64,000 nucleotides of DNA from Bdellovibrionales bacterium (GTDB lineage: Bacteria > Bdellovibrionota > Bdellovibrionia > Bdellovibrionales > JAGQZY01). Shown here piece by piece: positions 41,186-50,467 of this stretch (position 1 is its first letter; every line of letters begins with the position of its first letter). Below the pieces are notes generated by a model that did no database searches, was not told where the DNA came from, and was given only the letters and a program-made list of their open reading frames with translations. Made by a program: the position numbers and the translations under genes. The stretch spans positions 739,949-803,948 of the forward strand of contig CAXRHT010000003.1 of the NCBI GenBank assembly GCA_964230645.1, written 5' to 3'.

Positions 41186-42241
41186 ATGATTTTTGGTAGT
41201 AAACAAGTCATCGGTCTCGACTTAGGGACCAGTTCCATTAAGATGATTGAAGTAAAGTCATCAGGGCGAACCTACAAGATGACCAACTTTGGTATGTCCT
41301 CTATTCCTGAGGGTTTAATTGATGGTGGAGAAATCATTGATCCCACAGCTCTTTCTCAAATTATTATGGCTCTTCATAAGGAGCTTGGTTTAAAAACCAA
41401 AGCTGTCTGCACCGGGATGTTCGGTGGTGCGGTGATCGTAAAGAAAATATCTATGCCAAGGATCGATCCCAAATTGATCGGTGAACAGATCCAGTGGGAG
41501 GCCGAGCAGTATATTCCCTTTGACCTAAGCGAAGTGAATTTGGATTATCACCTCTTACAATCACCAGATAAGAACTCCGAAACTATGGAAATTCTTCTGG
41601 TAGCGGCCAAACATGATTATATTATCCGTTACTTTGAAGCTATAGAAATGGCTGGATTAAAATGTGCCTTAATTGACGTGAATGGTTTTGCCTTAGCTAA
41701 CAGTTTTGAAATGAACTATGGAGTAAGAAACGGTGAGACCGTGGCTCTTATCAACATCGGTGCTGGTGTGACCAATCTCGTGGTTATTGAAAACGGTCGA
41801 GTGGTATTCTGTCGTGACATTCCTATTGGGGGCAATGTTTATAATATGGAAATTTCCAGAGAGTTGGGCGTGAGTGCGCAAGAGGCCGAGGAATTAAAAA
41901 TTGGCTTTACCCAAACTCAATCGAATCCAGCCGAACTTCAAAATGTTATTTTGGCTACCAACGAAATGATATGTGAAGAGGTAAAAGACAGTTTCAAGTT
42001 TTATGAACAGTCAAAGAGTGGATCGGCAGTCACTAATATCTTTTTGTGTGGTGGATCGGTAAAAGTTCCCCAGTTGGTTGAGGCCATCGGGCAAGCGACC
42101 GAGCTTGAATGTCAGGTGATGAATCCATTACAAAAAATCTCTTTTAATCCCAAGAACTTTTCTGAACAGTTTATTTCCGAGATCACACCCTTTTTACCTT
42201 GTGTGCTCGGGCTTGGGTCGCGCAAAGTGGGTGACTCATGA
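41186..42241 (+). CDS. pilM: Type IV pilus assembly protein PilM
   Basis: IGLDLGTSSIK, EAEQYIPF, LLVAAK, INIGA, LCGG. Confidence 0.95.
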   Translation: MIFGSKQVIGLDLGTSSIKMIEVKSSGRTYKMTNFGMSSIPEGLIDGGEIIDPTALSQIIMALHKELGLKTKAVCTGMFGGAVIVKKISMPRIDPKLIGEQIQWEAEQYIPFDLSEVNLDYHLLQSPDKNSETMEILLVAAKHDYIIRYFEAIEMAGLKCALIDVNGFALANSFEMNYGVRNGETVALINIGAGVTNLVVIENGRVVFCRDIPIGGNVYNMEISRELGVSAQEAEELKIGFTQTQSNPAELQNVILATNEMICEEVKDSFKFYEQSKSGSAVTNIFLCGGSVKVPQLVEAIGQATELECQVMNPLQKISFNPKNFSEQFISEITPFLPCVLGLGSRKVGDS

Positions 42242-42831
42242 TTCGGGTGAATTTAGCCAAAACTCATAGCTATCAGCCCACAGGGACTCAGACGGCTATA
42301 GCTATGGATCAAGCAGCCATCAGTGCTGCAGCCGGGGCTCATCCTGCTGCAAAGGTGGCTTGTATGGTGGCTTTTGTAATCCTTTTATATATTTATGAAT
42401 CCTATAATCTTTCGGCCATCCAAAGCCAGTTTGCTCAGAGGCAGGCGGCACTTCAACAAATCCAAAACGAGGTGCAAGAGTTTGGGTCTGTAACGAATGT
42501 TGTGGCGGATCTTCAGAAAGAGAAGAAGCAACTGGACACTAAGTTAGCGGTTATTCAAAAAATCTCTCAAAAAAGAGCTTTTAAGCTTAAGGCCATTCAA
42601 TTCATTCAAGAAAGTGTTTTGGATGATCTGTGGTTAAAAAGCTTAACTGTTAGCAATAACACTTTAGAGATCTCAGGCTTTTCGATCACTCCCACCTCTG
42701 TTCAACAAATTGTTAAAACTTTATCGGCTGCAGACTTTGTTGAGCCAGGCGTGACTCAAGAAATAAAAAGAATTGAGCGTAACGAGACAGATATAAACAC
42801 TTTCAAAATCACGGCACAGGTGAAGCAGTAG
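42238..42831 (+). CDS. pilN: Type IV pilus assembly protein PilN
   Basis: MIRVNL N-terminus, TM, coiled coil, LWLKSL. Confidence 0.88.
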   Translation: MIRVNLAKTHSYQPTGTQTAIAMDQAAISAAAGAHPAAKVACMVAFVILLYIYESYNLSAIQSQFAQRQAALQQIQNEVQEFGSVTNVVADLQKEKKQLDTKLAVIQKISQKRAFKLKAIQFIQESVLDDLWLKSLTVSNNTLEISGFSITPTSVQQIVKTLSAADFVEPGVTQEIKRIERNETDINTFKITAQVKQ

Positions 42832-43442
42832 TGGATATTCAAGAAGAATTTAATAAATTAGATATTAAAAAGTCTCTTGGTATCGGACTAGGGCTGGCGG
42901 CCTTTTATTGGATTATGCTTTTTAATGATGGAAGTGTTTTGCGTGCTCAAATCGCAAATACTGAAACACAAATCAGTAAATCTCAAGCCTCTTTAACCCA
43001 AGTAAAAAAGGCGATTGAGGATAAAGCGAGATTCCAAAAAGACATCGAAGATATCACACTGAATATGAAGGACTTTCAAAAATACTTTGCGGTTGGAGTG
43101 GACTCTAACAAGCTTTTGTTGAAAGTATCTTCATTTGCAGAGAACCACGGCCTATCTGTCGAGTCTGCCAAAGCTGTTGAGAAGGAAAAAGAGTTTCCCG
43201 CTTACGAGGAAACGGCTGTGGAATTTGTTGTCGAAGGAAATTTCCATAACGTTATGGAATTCATTGCCAGCCTCACCCGTATGGAAAAAGCCATTGATTT
43301 TGCCAAAATGGAATTTTCAACCGAAGTCGGTGGCGATTTTCCAGTGGTAAGGTTTGCAACAACACTTGTGGTTTACAGCTCTAACGAAGAACTTGGAGCC
43401 GATCCACAAAGCGTGACAACTCCTGGGGGCTCCAATGGTTAG
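42831..43442 (+). CDS. pilO: Type IV pilus assembly protein PilO
   Basis: TM, coiled coil, V.GNFHNVMEFIASL..MEK; synteny. Confidence 0.88.
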   Translation: MDIQEEFNKLDIKKSLGIGLGLAAFYWIMLFNDGSVLRAQIANTETQISKSQASLTQVKKAIEDKARFQKDIEDITLNMKDFQKYFAVGVDSNKLLLKVSSFAENHGLSVESAKAVEKEKEFPAYEETAVEFVVEGNFHNVMEFIASLTRMEKAIDFAKMEFSTEVGGDFPVVRFATTLVVYSSNEELGADPQSVTTPGGSNG

Positions 43443-43941
43443 ATTTTTGCTAACCTTTGGATTTATTTTCCTACTGCTACCCTCAGGCTATGCCCAAGAG
43501 CCACCTCCGGGGTCAGCGCAAGCTGCAACGACTGAAGAGGAAGAGGTGCGTCCAAAAGAAAAGATCTCAAAGATTCAAATGTATCTTAAACCTTTCGCTT
43601 ATGACCGCGAGATCTACCGAGATCCTTTTGAGGCTCAAACGGGGCAGGCTCCATTGGAGCCCGGGCAAGTTTACGGTCCCTTTTTAGAAATTCAGACTTT
43701 TAGGTTGTCGGAGTTCACTTTAAAGGGGTTACTATGGGACACTGAGAATCCCGTTGCGATTTTTCAGGCTCCCAATGAGAAAATTTATAAACTAACTATC
43801 AAAGACTACATTGGTGAAAACTTTGGATATATTGCCACGATCCGCGAAAAGGAAGTGGTTGTTATTCAAACAATTGAGGAAAACGACCGTCGTTACTCGA
43901 CAACAAAGGTTGTTTTTCTTGAAACAGTACAAGGAGAGTGA
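43435..43941 (+). CDS. pilP: Type IV pilus assembly protein PilP
   Basis: YRDPF, L.EF.LKGLLW, YIGENFGYI; synteny. Confidence 0.88.
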   Translation: MVRFLLTFGFIFLLLPSGYAQEPPPGSAQAATTEEEEVRPKEKISKIQMYLKPFAYDREIYRDPFEAQTGQAPLEPGQVYGPFLEIQTFRLSEFTLKGLLWDTENPVAIFQAPNEKIYKLTIKDYIGENFGYIATIREKEVVVIQTIEENDRRYSTTKVVFLETVQGE

Positions 43942-46619
43942 TCATGACAAGGATGTTGTGTTCCCTAATGTTTTTAGTGTTACTTTCGATGCCATTTACA
44001 GGCTGTTCCATTTTTGAATCCGAGGAGGGGGTGGCTGTTGATGAGATCGATAGAGAGAGCTTCTCCGACCTAGGTGAGCTTGAAGATGGTGGCCTATTAG
44101 ATACCGAAGACGAGATGCTCGCAGAGAGTGCTGATCTTGTAGAAGGTTCAGGAGCGTCAGTGCCCGCGGAAGGAGACTTTGGCGGCGGAGACATTGCTGG
44201 AGACGAATTCGGAGGTGATGATTTTGGCGGAGACGAGTTCGCCAGTGACGATTTTGGAGACGGTGACGATTTTGCCTCTGATGAATTTGGTAGCGATCCA
44301 TTCGCCGAAGATGACTTTCAAGCCACCACCACTGAGGCCAACTTAGACAACGAATTCGCCGCCGCTGAGATCGATGATGGCTTCGGAGATGACTCATTTT
44401 CCGAAGACGAATTTGCAGACTTCAGTGACACCAATGAAGCACAGATCGATCAAGAGTTAGCGGGAAATGAACTGGATGAATTCTCGGATGCGCAATTTGA
44501 AGAGGGGGATTTTTCAGAGGGAGCTATAGCAGAGCAAGATCCTTTTGCTTTTGACGGAGCTCCAGTGGTAGATGAGCCAGCTCCTGAAGCCCCAGTGATT
44601 GATGTACCAGAAACATCCATGGTGGTTGCTGAAACTGAAACGGAAGTTGACCCTTCACGCAATCAGGTCACAAATCTTGAGTATAAAGCCTATGAAAAAG
44701 GCGGGACTGTCGTAATAGAAACTCAAAGTCCTGCGATCTATGAGAAGATTGTAGATAATGACCTCAATCAGGTTATTATAGAAGTCCAAGATGTGTTCTT
44801 ACCTGAGCGTTTCAAAAGGCCTTATATTACCAAAGACTTCAAACAAGATATTGCGACCATCAATGCTTACAGCAACGCCGATGGATCAGCAAGATTCGTG
44901 ATTCAAATGAAAAGACCGATCAATCCAGCGGTTCAGCAAGAAGGGGGCGCGATATTGGTCATGACCTCCGAGTCCACTCCAATGGAAACGGCCGCCTCTG
45001 AAGAATCTCTTGATAACTTAGTTTCACAGAATCAAATGGAGACGAATGTACAACCAGGACAAAGCCCATCAACATCGGACGGGGCGACCGAAGCTCTTGG
45101 TGGGATGAATGCAAAGTCGGGATTGAGTTTGGGACAGGGGCAGTTTGTCGGAGAAAAAATAAGTCTTGAATTTGGTCAGACAGATGTGAGGACCATCATC
45201 AATACGATCGCTGATAAGAGTGGAGTGAATCTTATCATGGATAAAGATGTTGAGGGCACAACAAGTCTGCGTTTAAGAAACGTTCCCTGGGATCAAGCCT
45301 TGTTGGTTCTGCTGCGTTCACAAGGTCTTGGCTATGTTAAAAGAGGAAATGTACTAAGAATTGCAAAACAGTCTACCTTAAGCCAAGAAGCCCAGTCGGT
45401 AAGTAATCAGATCCAAAATGAGAAGAAAGCAAAGCTTCTTTCCGGTGGAATCAAGGTAAAATATATTCCAGTCAGCTACGCTAATGTGTCAGAGCTTTCA
45501 GGAAAACTAGCGGAATTCACCAGTGAAGATGGAAAGATTGCTTTTGATAATCGCACAAGCTCTCTCGTGATTACCGATTACGGTGAGTACATTGAACGAA
45601 TTCTCGAACTGGTGAAGGCTCTTGATACTCCTCCTATGCAGGTGGAAATTGAGTCAAAGTTAATAGAGGCGAGAGAAGAGTTTTCTCGAGAAGCAGGTAT
45701 TAACTGGGATATTGCTGGGCAGGACTTTCCCATCAATTCGCAAACGGGGTCGGTGAGTGCTGGTCTATCAAATAATCTACCGACCGATCCCACGAGAAAT
45801 TTTTCTTTGGATTTGAATGTTGGTACTTTCGATATATTTGGTGATTTAAATGCGGCTTTGAACATCTTCGAGAGCCAAAACAAAATCAAAGTGCTTTCTC
45901 AGCCTAGGGTTGTGACGATGAATAAGGTGGAAGCGGTAATCGAGCAAACCACCCAGGTTCCCATTCGTCAGCTAACAATCAATCCAGGATCGCCACCGAC
46001 GGTGACCTTTAACTTTGTCGATCTAGTGCTAAGCTTAAAGGTCACTCCGCAGATCACATTTAAAGGAGATGTCATTTTAGATGTGGAAATGAAGCGGGAG
46101 TTTGCTGGTGTGGTAAACGCAGATGGAGCGCGAGAATTATCGAAACGTCGTGCCAAAAGTACTGTGATGGTAAAAAATGGTAAGACGGCTGTCATCGGTG
46201 GAATTTACCAGGTGGACGATACTGACACGGACGGAGGAATTCCTTGGCTGAAAGATATTCCTCTCGTCGGTTATCTTTTCAAACAGGTTGCAGTGACCAA
46301 AAGTAAAAACGAACTGCTCTTATTCTTAAAGCCTAAAATTATCAAAGAAGTGGATGGCCCGATGGTCTCTAAAACTGGAGCTCCTGGATCTAACTTCGAT
46401 CCTTTTGAGGAGTTAAGTTTAGATGAAGGCTCTACTCCCACAACCAACTCTGTTGAAACAGCGACCTCATCTGATACCAATGGCCTAGAAGGCTTTGATG
46501 ACGGATTTGAAGACGACTTCGGAGACGATGATTTCGGTAACAACCCTGAGGCCGGTTCAGGCGAGGGCCAGTTCGATGAAACTCCGCTCGATGACGATTT
46601 CGACTCCCTCACCCTCTAA
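43938..46619 (+). CDS. pilQ: Type IV pilus secretin PilQ (lipoprotein, AMIN domain, acidic terminal extensions)
   Basis: GEKISLEF, LRNVPWDQAL, QVEIESKLIE, L.VTPQIT, GIPWLKDIPLVGYLF. Confidence 0.95.
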   Translation: MIMTRMLCSLMFLVLLSMPFTGCSIFESEEGVAVDEIDRESFSDLGELEDGGLLDTEDEMLAESADLVEGSGASVPAEGDFGGGDIAGDEFGGDDFGGDEFASDDFGDGDDFASDEFGSDPFAEDDFQATTTEANLDNEFAAAEIDDGFGDDSFSEDEFADFSDTNEAQIDQELAGNELDEFSDAQFEEGDFSEGAIAEQDPFAFDGAPVVDEPAPEAPVIDVPETSMVVAETETEVDPSRNQVTNLEYKAYEKGGTVVIETQSPAIYEKIVDNDLNQVIIEVQDVFLPERFKRPYITKDFKQDIATINAYSNADGSARFVIQMKRPINPAVQQEGGAILVMTSESTPMETAASEESLDNLVSQNQMETNVQPGQSPSTSDGATEALGGMNAKSGLSLGQGQFVGEKISLEFGQTDVRTIINTIADKSGVNLIMDKDVEGTTSLRLRNVPWDQALLVLLRSQGLGYVKRGNVLRIAKQSTLSQEAQSVSNQIQNEKKAKLLSGGIKVKYIPVSYANVSELSGKLAEFTSEDGKIAFDNRTSSLVITDYGEYIERILELVKALDTPPMQVEIESKLIEAREEFSREAGINWDIAGQDFPINSQTGSVSAGLSNNLPTDPTRNFSLDLNVGTFDIFGDLNAALNIFESQNKIKVLSQPRVVTMNKVEAVIEQTTQVPIRQLTINPGSPPTVTFNFVDLVLSLKVTPQITFKGDVILDVEMKREFAGVVNADGARELSKRRAKSTVMVKNGKTAVIGGIYQVDDTDTDGGIPWLKDIPLVGYLFKQVAVTKSKNELLLFLKPKIIKEVDGPMVSKTGAPGSNFDPFEELSLDEGSTPTTNSVETATSSDTNGLEGFDDGFEDDFGDDDFGNNPEAGSGEGQFDETPLDDDFDSLTL

Positions 46620-46685
46620 TTCCCAAAAGATGCCTGGCTCCTTTTGGTATCGCATCGAGTTATCCCCCTCCTAAAACGAATCAAA

Positions 46686-46711
46686 GCAGGCCTGAGAGGG
46701 CCTGTTTTTTT
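46686..46711 (+). terminator. Intrinsic terminator after pilQ
   Basis: CAGGCC-tgagag-GGCCTG followed by T7. Confidence 0.8.
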
Positions 46712-46763
46712 ATTCCGCCTAACATAATGAGGTTTTTCTTAGTTCATAGTAGAAGCTCAAACT

Positions 46764-48068
46764 ATGGATTTATTCGAGAGCCAAATCAATACTGCTCACC
46801 AGCCTCTAGCTGAAAAGCTAAGGCCCAAAAGCTTCTCAGAGCTTTTCGGTCAAAAAAAGATTTTTTCGGACAACAAGGTGCTTTTTAAAAAGATTCAGGA
46901 TGGTTTTCTGCAAAGCCTTATTTTGTGGGGCCCTCCTGGTTGCGGCAAAACGTCATTTGCACTGGCTTTAATCAATGAAGTGAATGCCGATATTTTTCAA
47001 GAAAACGCCATAGACCTTGGGGCCAAGAAAATTCGTGAAATCGGGGAGAAGAGCAAACGTTCTCTGCTCGAGCGGGGACGCAAATCCGTTCTTTTTGTGG
47101 ATGAAATCCATCGTCTCAATCGTGGCCAACAAGATGTTCTACTCCCCTTTGTGGAAAAGGGATTTTTCTATTTGGTAGGGGCGACTACTGAAAACCCGTC
47201 CTATCAGCTCAACGCCGCTCTTGTGAGTCGCTGTCGTTTATTGGTGTTTGAGCCTCTTGATTTCAACGATATTAGAGCCATGGCTGAAAAAGCCTTTTTA
47301 GATAAAAAAATAGAAATTCCAGAGCTATTGACCCCGGATGCTTTTGAGCACCTAATACATTCCAGCCATGGCGATGGCAGAAAGCTTTATAACGCCATTG
47401 AAGAGTTATTCTACCTGCATAGATTTGGTGAGGACACAAAGCTTCCCCTTGATCAAAAGGGTCTTGAAGACTTTTTTGTCTCCTCGGGACTGAGATTCGA
47501 TAAGAAAGGGGATGAGCACTACGACACCATTTCGGCTTTTATAAAAAGTGTGCGTGGAAGTGATCCCAGTGCGGCCATCTACTACCTGGCCCGAATGCTT
47601 GAAGGGGGCGAGGACCCGCTTTTTATTGCAAGAAGGTTGGTTATTTTGGCCTCAGAGGACATTGGAAATGCCGACCCCCAGGCCCTTACATTGGCAGTGA
47701 GCACTCTCTCGGCCGTAGAGCTTGTGGGCATGCCTGAGGCACGCATCAACCTCGCCCAAGCAGTGACCTACCTCTCATCGGCTCCAAAGTCGAACCGTAG
47801 TTATATGGCCATTAACAAGGCCTTAAGCGAAGTTAAAAAGTCCGGTCCGCTCCCGGTCCCGAAACACCTGCGCTCAAGCCAGACTCAATTGATGAAAGAT
47901 ATTGGGCACGGAAAAGACTATAAATACAGTCATGATGGGCCCACAGGATGGCTTCCCCAGGATTACTTTCCTGAAAAACTAAAAAACAGAGACTTTTATG
48001 AGCCTTCTGAGCGCGGTTTTGAAAAAAGAATCAGCGACTACCTTAAGTGGATGAAGCAAAAAGACTAG
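46764..48068 (+). CDS. rarA: Replication-associated recombination protein A (MgsA)
   Basis: PLAEKLRP, WGPPGCGKT, DEIHR, GATTENP, ISAFIKSVRGSDP, ASEDIGNADP. Confidence 0.96.
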   Translation: MDLFESQINTAHQPLAEKLRPKSFSELFGQKKIFSDNKVLFKKIQDGFLQSLILWGPPGCGKTSFALALINEVNADIFQENAIDLGAKKIREIGEKSKRSLLERGRKSVLFVDEIHRLNRGQQDVLLPFVEKGFFYLVGATTENPSYQLNAALVSRCRLLVFEPLDFNDIRAMAEKAFLDKKIEIPELLTPDAFEHLIHSSHGDGRKLYNAIEELFYLHRFGEDTKLPLDQKGLEDFFVSSGLRFDKKGDEHYDTISAFIKSVRGSDPSAAIYYLARMLEGGEDPLFIARRLVILASEDIGNADPQALTLAVSTLSAVELVGMPEARINLAQAVTYLSSAPKSNRSYMAINKALSEVKKSGPLPVPKHLRSSQTQLMKDIGHGKDYKYSHDGPTGWLPQDYFPEKLKNRDFYEPSERGFEKRISDYLKWMKQKD

Positions 48069-48374
48069 TTAAAAAGGCTTATTGGCCACAATACAAACGC
48101 AAGGCTCCTCACTTAATACCTTTTGGCTGTGTTTGGTATTTGAGGGCACCATGATTTTATCACCTGTTCTTAACAGGAGCTGATTACCATTGATATTCAT
48201 TGAAAGCTCTCCTTGAAGCACCATTCGAACTTCGTCGAGGGGGTGTTTATGTTCAGGGTAACTTTCCTCTTTAGTTAATACCTCTTCTCGGGGTTGGAGG
48301 TCTTCGGCTCTAAAAATCATCAAGGCTTGTTCTTTGGTCGGTTTAAGGGGGGCTTGCCAGCGAATCACAATCAT
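48069..48374 (-). CDS. Cupin domain protein
   Basis: H.HP.DEVR.V..G and GD.I.VP.NT.H cupin motifs. Confidence 0.85.
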   Translation of the reverse strand: MIVIRWQAPLKPTKEQALMIFRAEDLQPREEVLTKEESYPEHKHPLDEVRMVLQGELSMNINGNQLLLRTGDKIMVPSNTKHSQKVLSEEPCVCIVANKPF

Positions 48375-48686
48375 CTAATAACTCCAAATTTCCATAGGGT
48401 GGGTGGCGTCCGGATTTCCCTTCCCTTCTAGGCTCTTTAGATCTCCCATCTGGGAGACCTGAGGCGGCATCTCACTCATTTTATCACAGGTAACAAGCCG
48501 GAAGCTATCAAACTCGCCTCAACTCAACCTAATCCAAGCCTCGGCCAAAGTAAAGACTCTGGATCAAGGTTTTGTCAATGATTTAGAGCTTTTAGCCATA
48601 TCTTGGACGTTATTTCGGTTTGACCGTGTTCCTATGATACAGGCCTGCTTCAGATTGAGAACTTATTGATTTTCCAAAGTTTTTTA

Positions 48687-48714
48687 TAAAGTTCCCCGGT
48701 AGGGGGGACGATAG
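48687..48714 (+). promoter_or_regulatory. sigma28-like promoter
   Basis: TAAA-N16-GACGATAG, upstream of TTG 48738. Confidence 0.55.
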
Positions 48715-48737
48715 GAATGTAACTGAACAAGGTAACG

Positions 48738-49271
48738 TTGGAGGAACAGTTGAATAACTCAGATATGTTTGGTGCCGGTGAGCAACTTTTAGAGAAGATT
48801 TTTAAGTATATCGATGGAACAGAAAGCTTAGCCTTTGTTGATAGCGAGCTGGCTGATTACTTTATTATCGAACAAAAAGTGGACCAGCGCCGAATCACAG
48901 TGAATAAGTTTGATGTGGAAGATGTGTTGACCCGAACCGATGAGGACGGACAAGAGTTTCTTCAGGTGAATTTTGTTTCTGGAAAGAAAATTCTTCTCAC
49001 TAAAAAGCTAGTGGGATTTCGCCCCCTCACAATGTTTGGACTCGATATGGAAAAGCTTCCAAAAGTCGTTACCACCCCAGATATAATGAATATTTTTGAC
49101 GCTATTCAAGAGAGTCTCTGCCACGAAGACAATTCTGACGAAGAGTTGGAAGTGCTTAGAAAGGTTTACGATTCTGTTGTATGCGGCGGAGAGTCAGTAG
49201 GATTTAACCTCGATCAGGAAAGAGCCCTATTTTCCCGTATTCCTACTCAGGTTCTAAAAACAAGCGCCTAA
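48738..49271 (+). CDS. Hypothetical cytoplasmic protein
   Basis: 177-aa ORF with an AAGG RBS and a downstream hairpin. Confidence 0.75.
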   Translation: MEEQLNNSDMFGAGEQLLEKIFKYIDGTESLAFVDSELADYFIIEQKVDQRRITVNKFDVEDVLTRTDEDGQEFLQVNFVSGKKILLTKKLVGFRPLTMFGLDMEKLPKVVTTPDIMNIFDAIQESLCHEDNSDEELEVLRKVYDSVVCGGESVGFNLDQERALFSRIPTQVLKTSA

Positions 49272-49299
49272 CAACCAGCCTCTCAAACCAAAAAATCTC

Positions 49300-49325
49300 T
49301 TTAGCCCCAAAAATTTGGGGCTAAA
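49300..49325 (+). terminator. Hairpin terminator
   Basis: TTTAGCCCCAAA-aa-TTTGGGGCTAAA. Confidence 0.65.
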
Positions 49326-49373
49326 TTATTTGACCTCTCCCTTATTTCATTAGATAAAACACTTTCCTCATGT

Positions 49374-49449
<76 letters not shown>

Positions 49450-49551
49450 AATTTCCTAAATATTTTAATAGTTTACAAAGGTGAGACTGTAAGTTGTTTC
49501 CTTATTATAGCACCTGCGCAAGCAATGCGCTAGCGATGGATAGGACTTCTT

Positions 49552-50196
49552 CTACCAGTCCGTAGGCTTCATTATATTTTTGCCTTGGTGAGAAACCACG
49601 GGAGGGAACTGACTAATTGAAAGCGCTCCTTCACGAATCGGACGATAGAAGTCTATTACCTTCTGCAACTTCTTCGACTGATTTGTGTGGGGATTCAATA
49701 TCCCTATTTTCTTCTTAAATTCATTTCTGACCATATTTATAGGTGTGAATAGGTCCGAGTCATTTGAGATTACCACCGCGCACTCGAATTGATTTTTGAA
49801 TGCGTCTAGCAATAAGTGGGATGCGAGATTAACATCTGAACCTTTTTCTTCGGTCTTGATTACACTAACAAAGTTGGGTCTACCGTTACGCTTGAGAGAT
49901 GCAGTAGGCATTTTACATACATGCGAGAGGTAGTGGCCTTCATGAATTTCCAAGTTTGATAAACTTTTAAGGGCCTTGAAGTAGGTCCATTGTCTTTTAT
50001 GGGCAGAATCCCCAGGATAGCGAGGGGACACTCTCGCCGTAAAATATTTGATTTTATTTACTTTGTTTTTAGTTAACAGATTACATACTAGAGCGTTCAA
50101 ATCTAACCATTTAAAGTTAGATTCCTTGAGTGCTCCATAATAAAGGTTGAAACCATCCACGTAGACATGGGTGTTCAGTTTTAGTTCAGTATCCAT
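49552..50196 (-). CDS. NYN (LabA/DUF88, PIN-like) domain RNase
   Basis: VYVDGFNLYYG, IKYFTA, EEKGSDVNLA, ISNDSDL acidic catalytic set. Start set at ATG 50196. Confidence 0.9.
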   Translation of the reverse strand: MDTELKLNTHVYVDGFNLYYGALKESNFKWLDLNALVCNLLTKNKVNKIKYFTARVSPRYPGDSAHKRQWTYFKALKSLSNLEIHEGHYLSHVCKMPTASLKRNGRPNFVSVIKTEEKGSDVNLASHLLLDAFKNQFECAVVISNDSDLFTPINMVRNEFKKKIGILNPHTNQSKKLQKVIDFYRPIREGALSISQFPPVVSHQGKNIMKPTDW

Positions 50197-50260
50197 AAAA
50201 AAACAAAGGCCGCCAGAGGCGACCTTGTGACTTGCCACTAACGACAAGCGTGATTGTTAC
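50197..50260 (-). ncRNA. Candidate two-hairpin small RNA with intrinsic terminator, immediately upstream of the NYN gene
   Basis: Hairpins CTTGTCG-ttag-TGGCAAG and ACAAGGTCGCC-tct-GGCGGCCTTTGT, then T7 directly before ATG. Confidence 0.5.
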
Positions 50261-50467
50261 CTCTATATTCGGCATTTTGAGTAAAAAATCAAGGTGCCAA
50301 TTTTTGTCACTAACGCAAACGCTAAATAAATGAGCTAGAGGGCCCGAAAATGTAAAACCTACAATAAAACTAGCGATTCGTCGTATCAATTTGAAACATT
50401 TAAGTTGGTTTCAAAACATCAGGGAGTTGGCATTGAAATGTCACTAAGATTCTCTATTGGACCCTAA

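Noticed and set aside
44225..44240. Literal GGDEF peptide in PilQ
   Set aside because: It is one unit of the acidic low-complexity repeat in an exported region; no diguanylate cyclase domain context.
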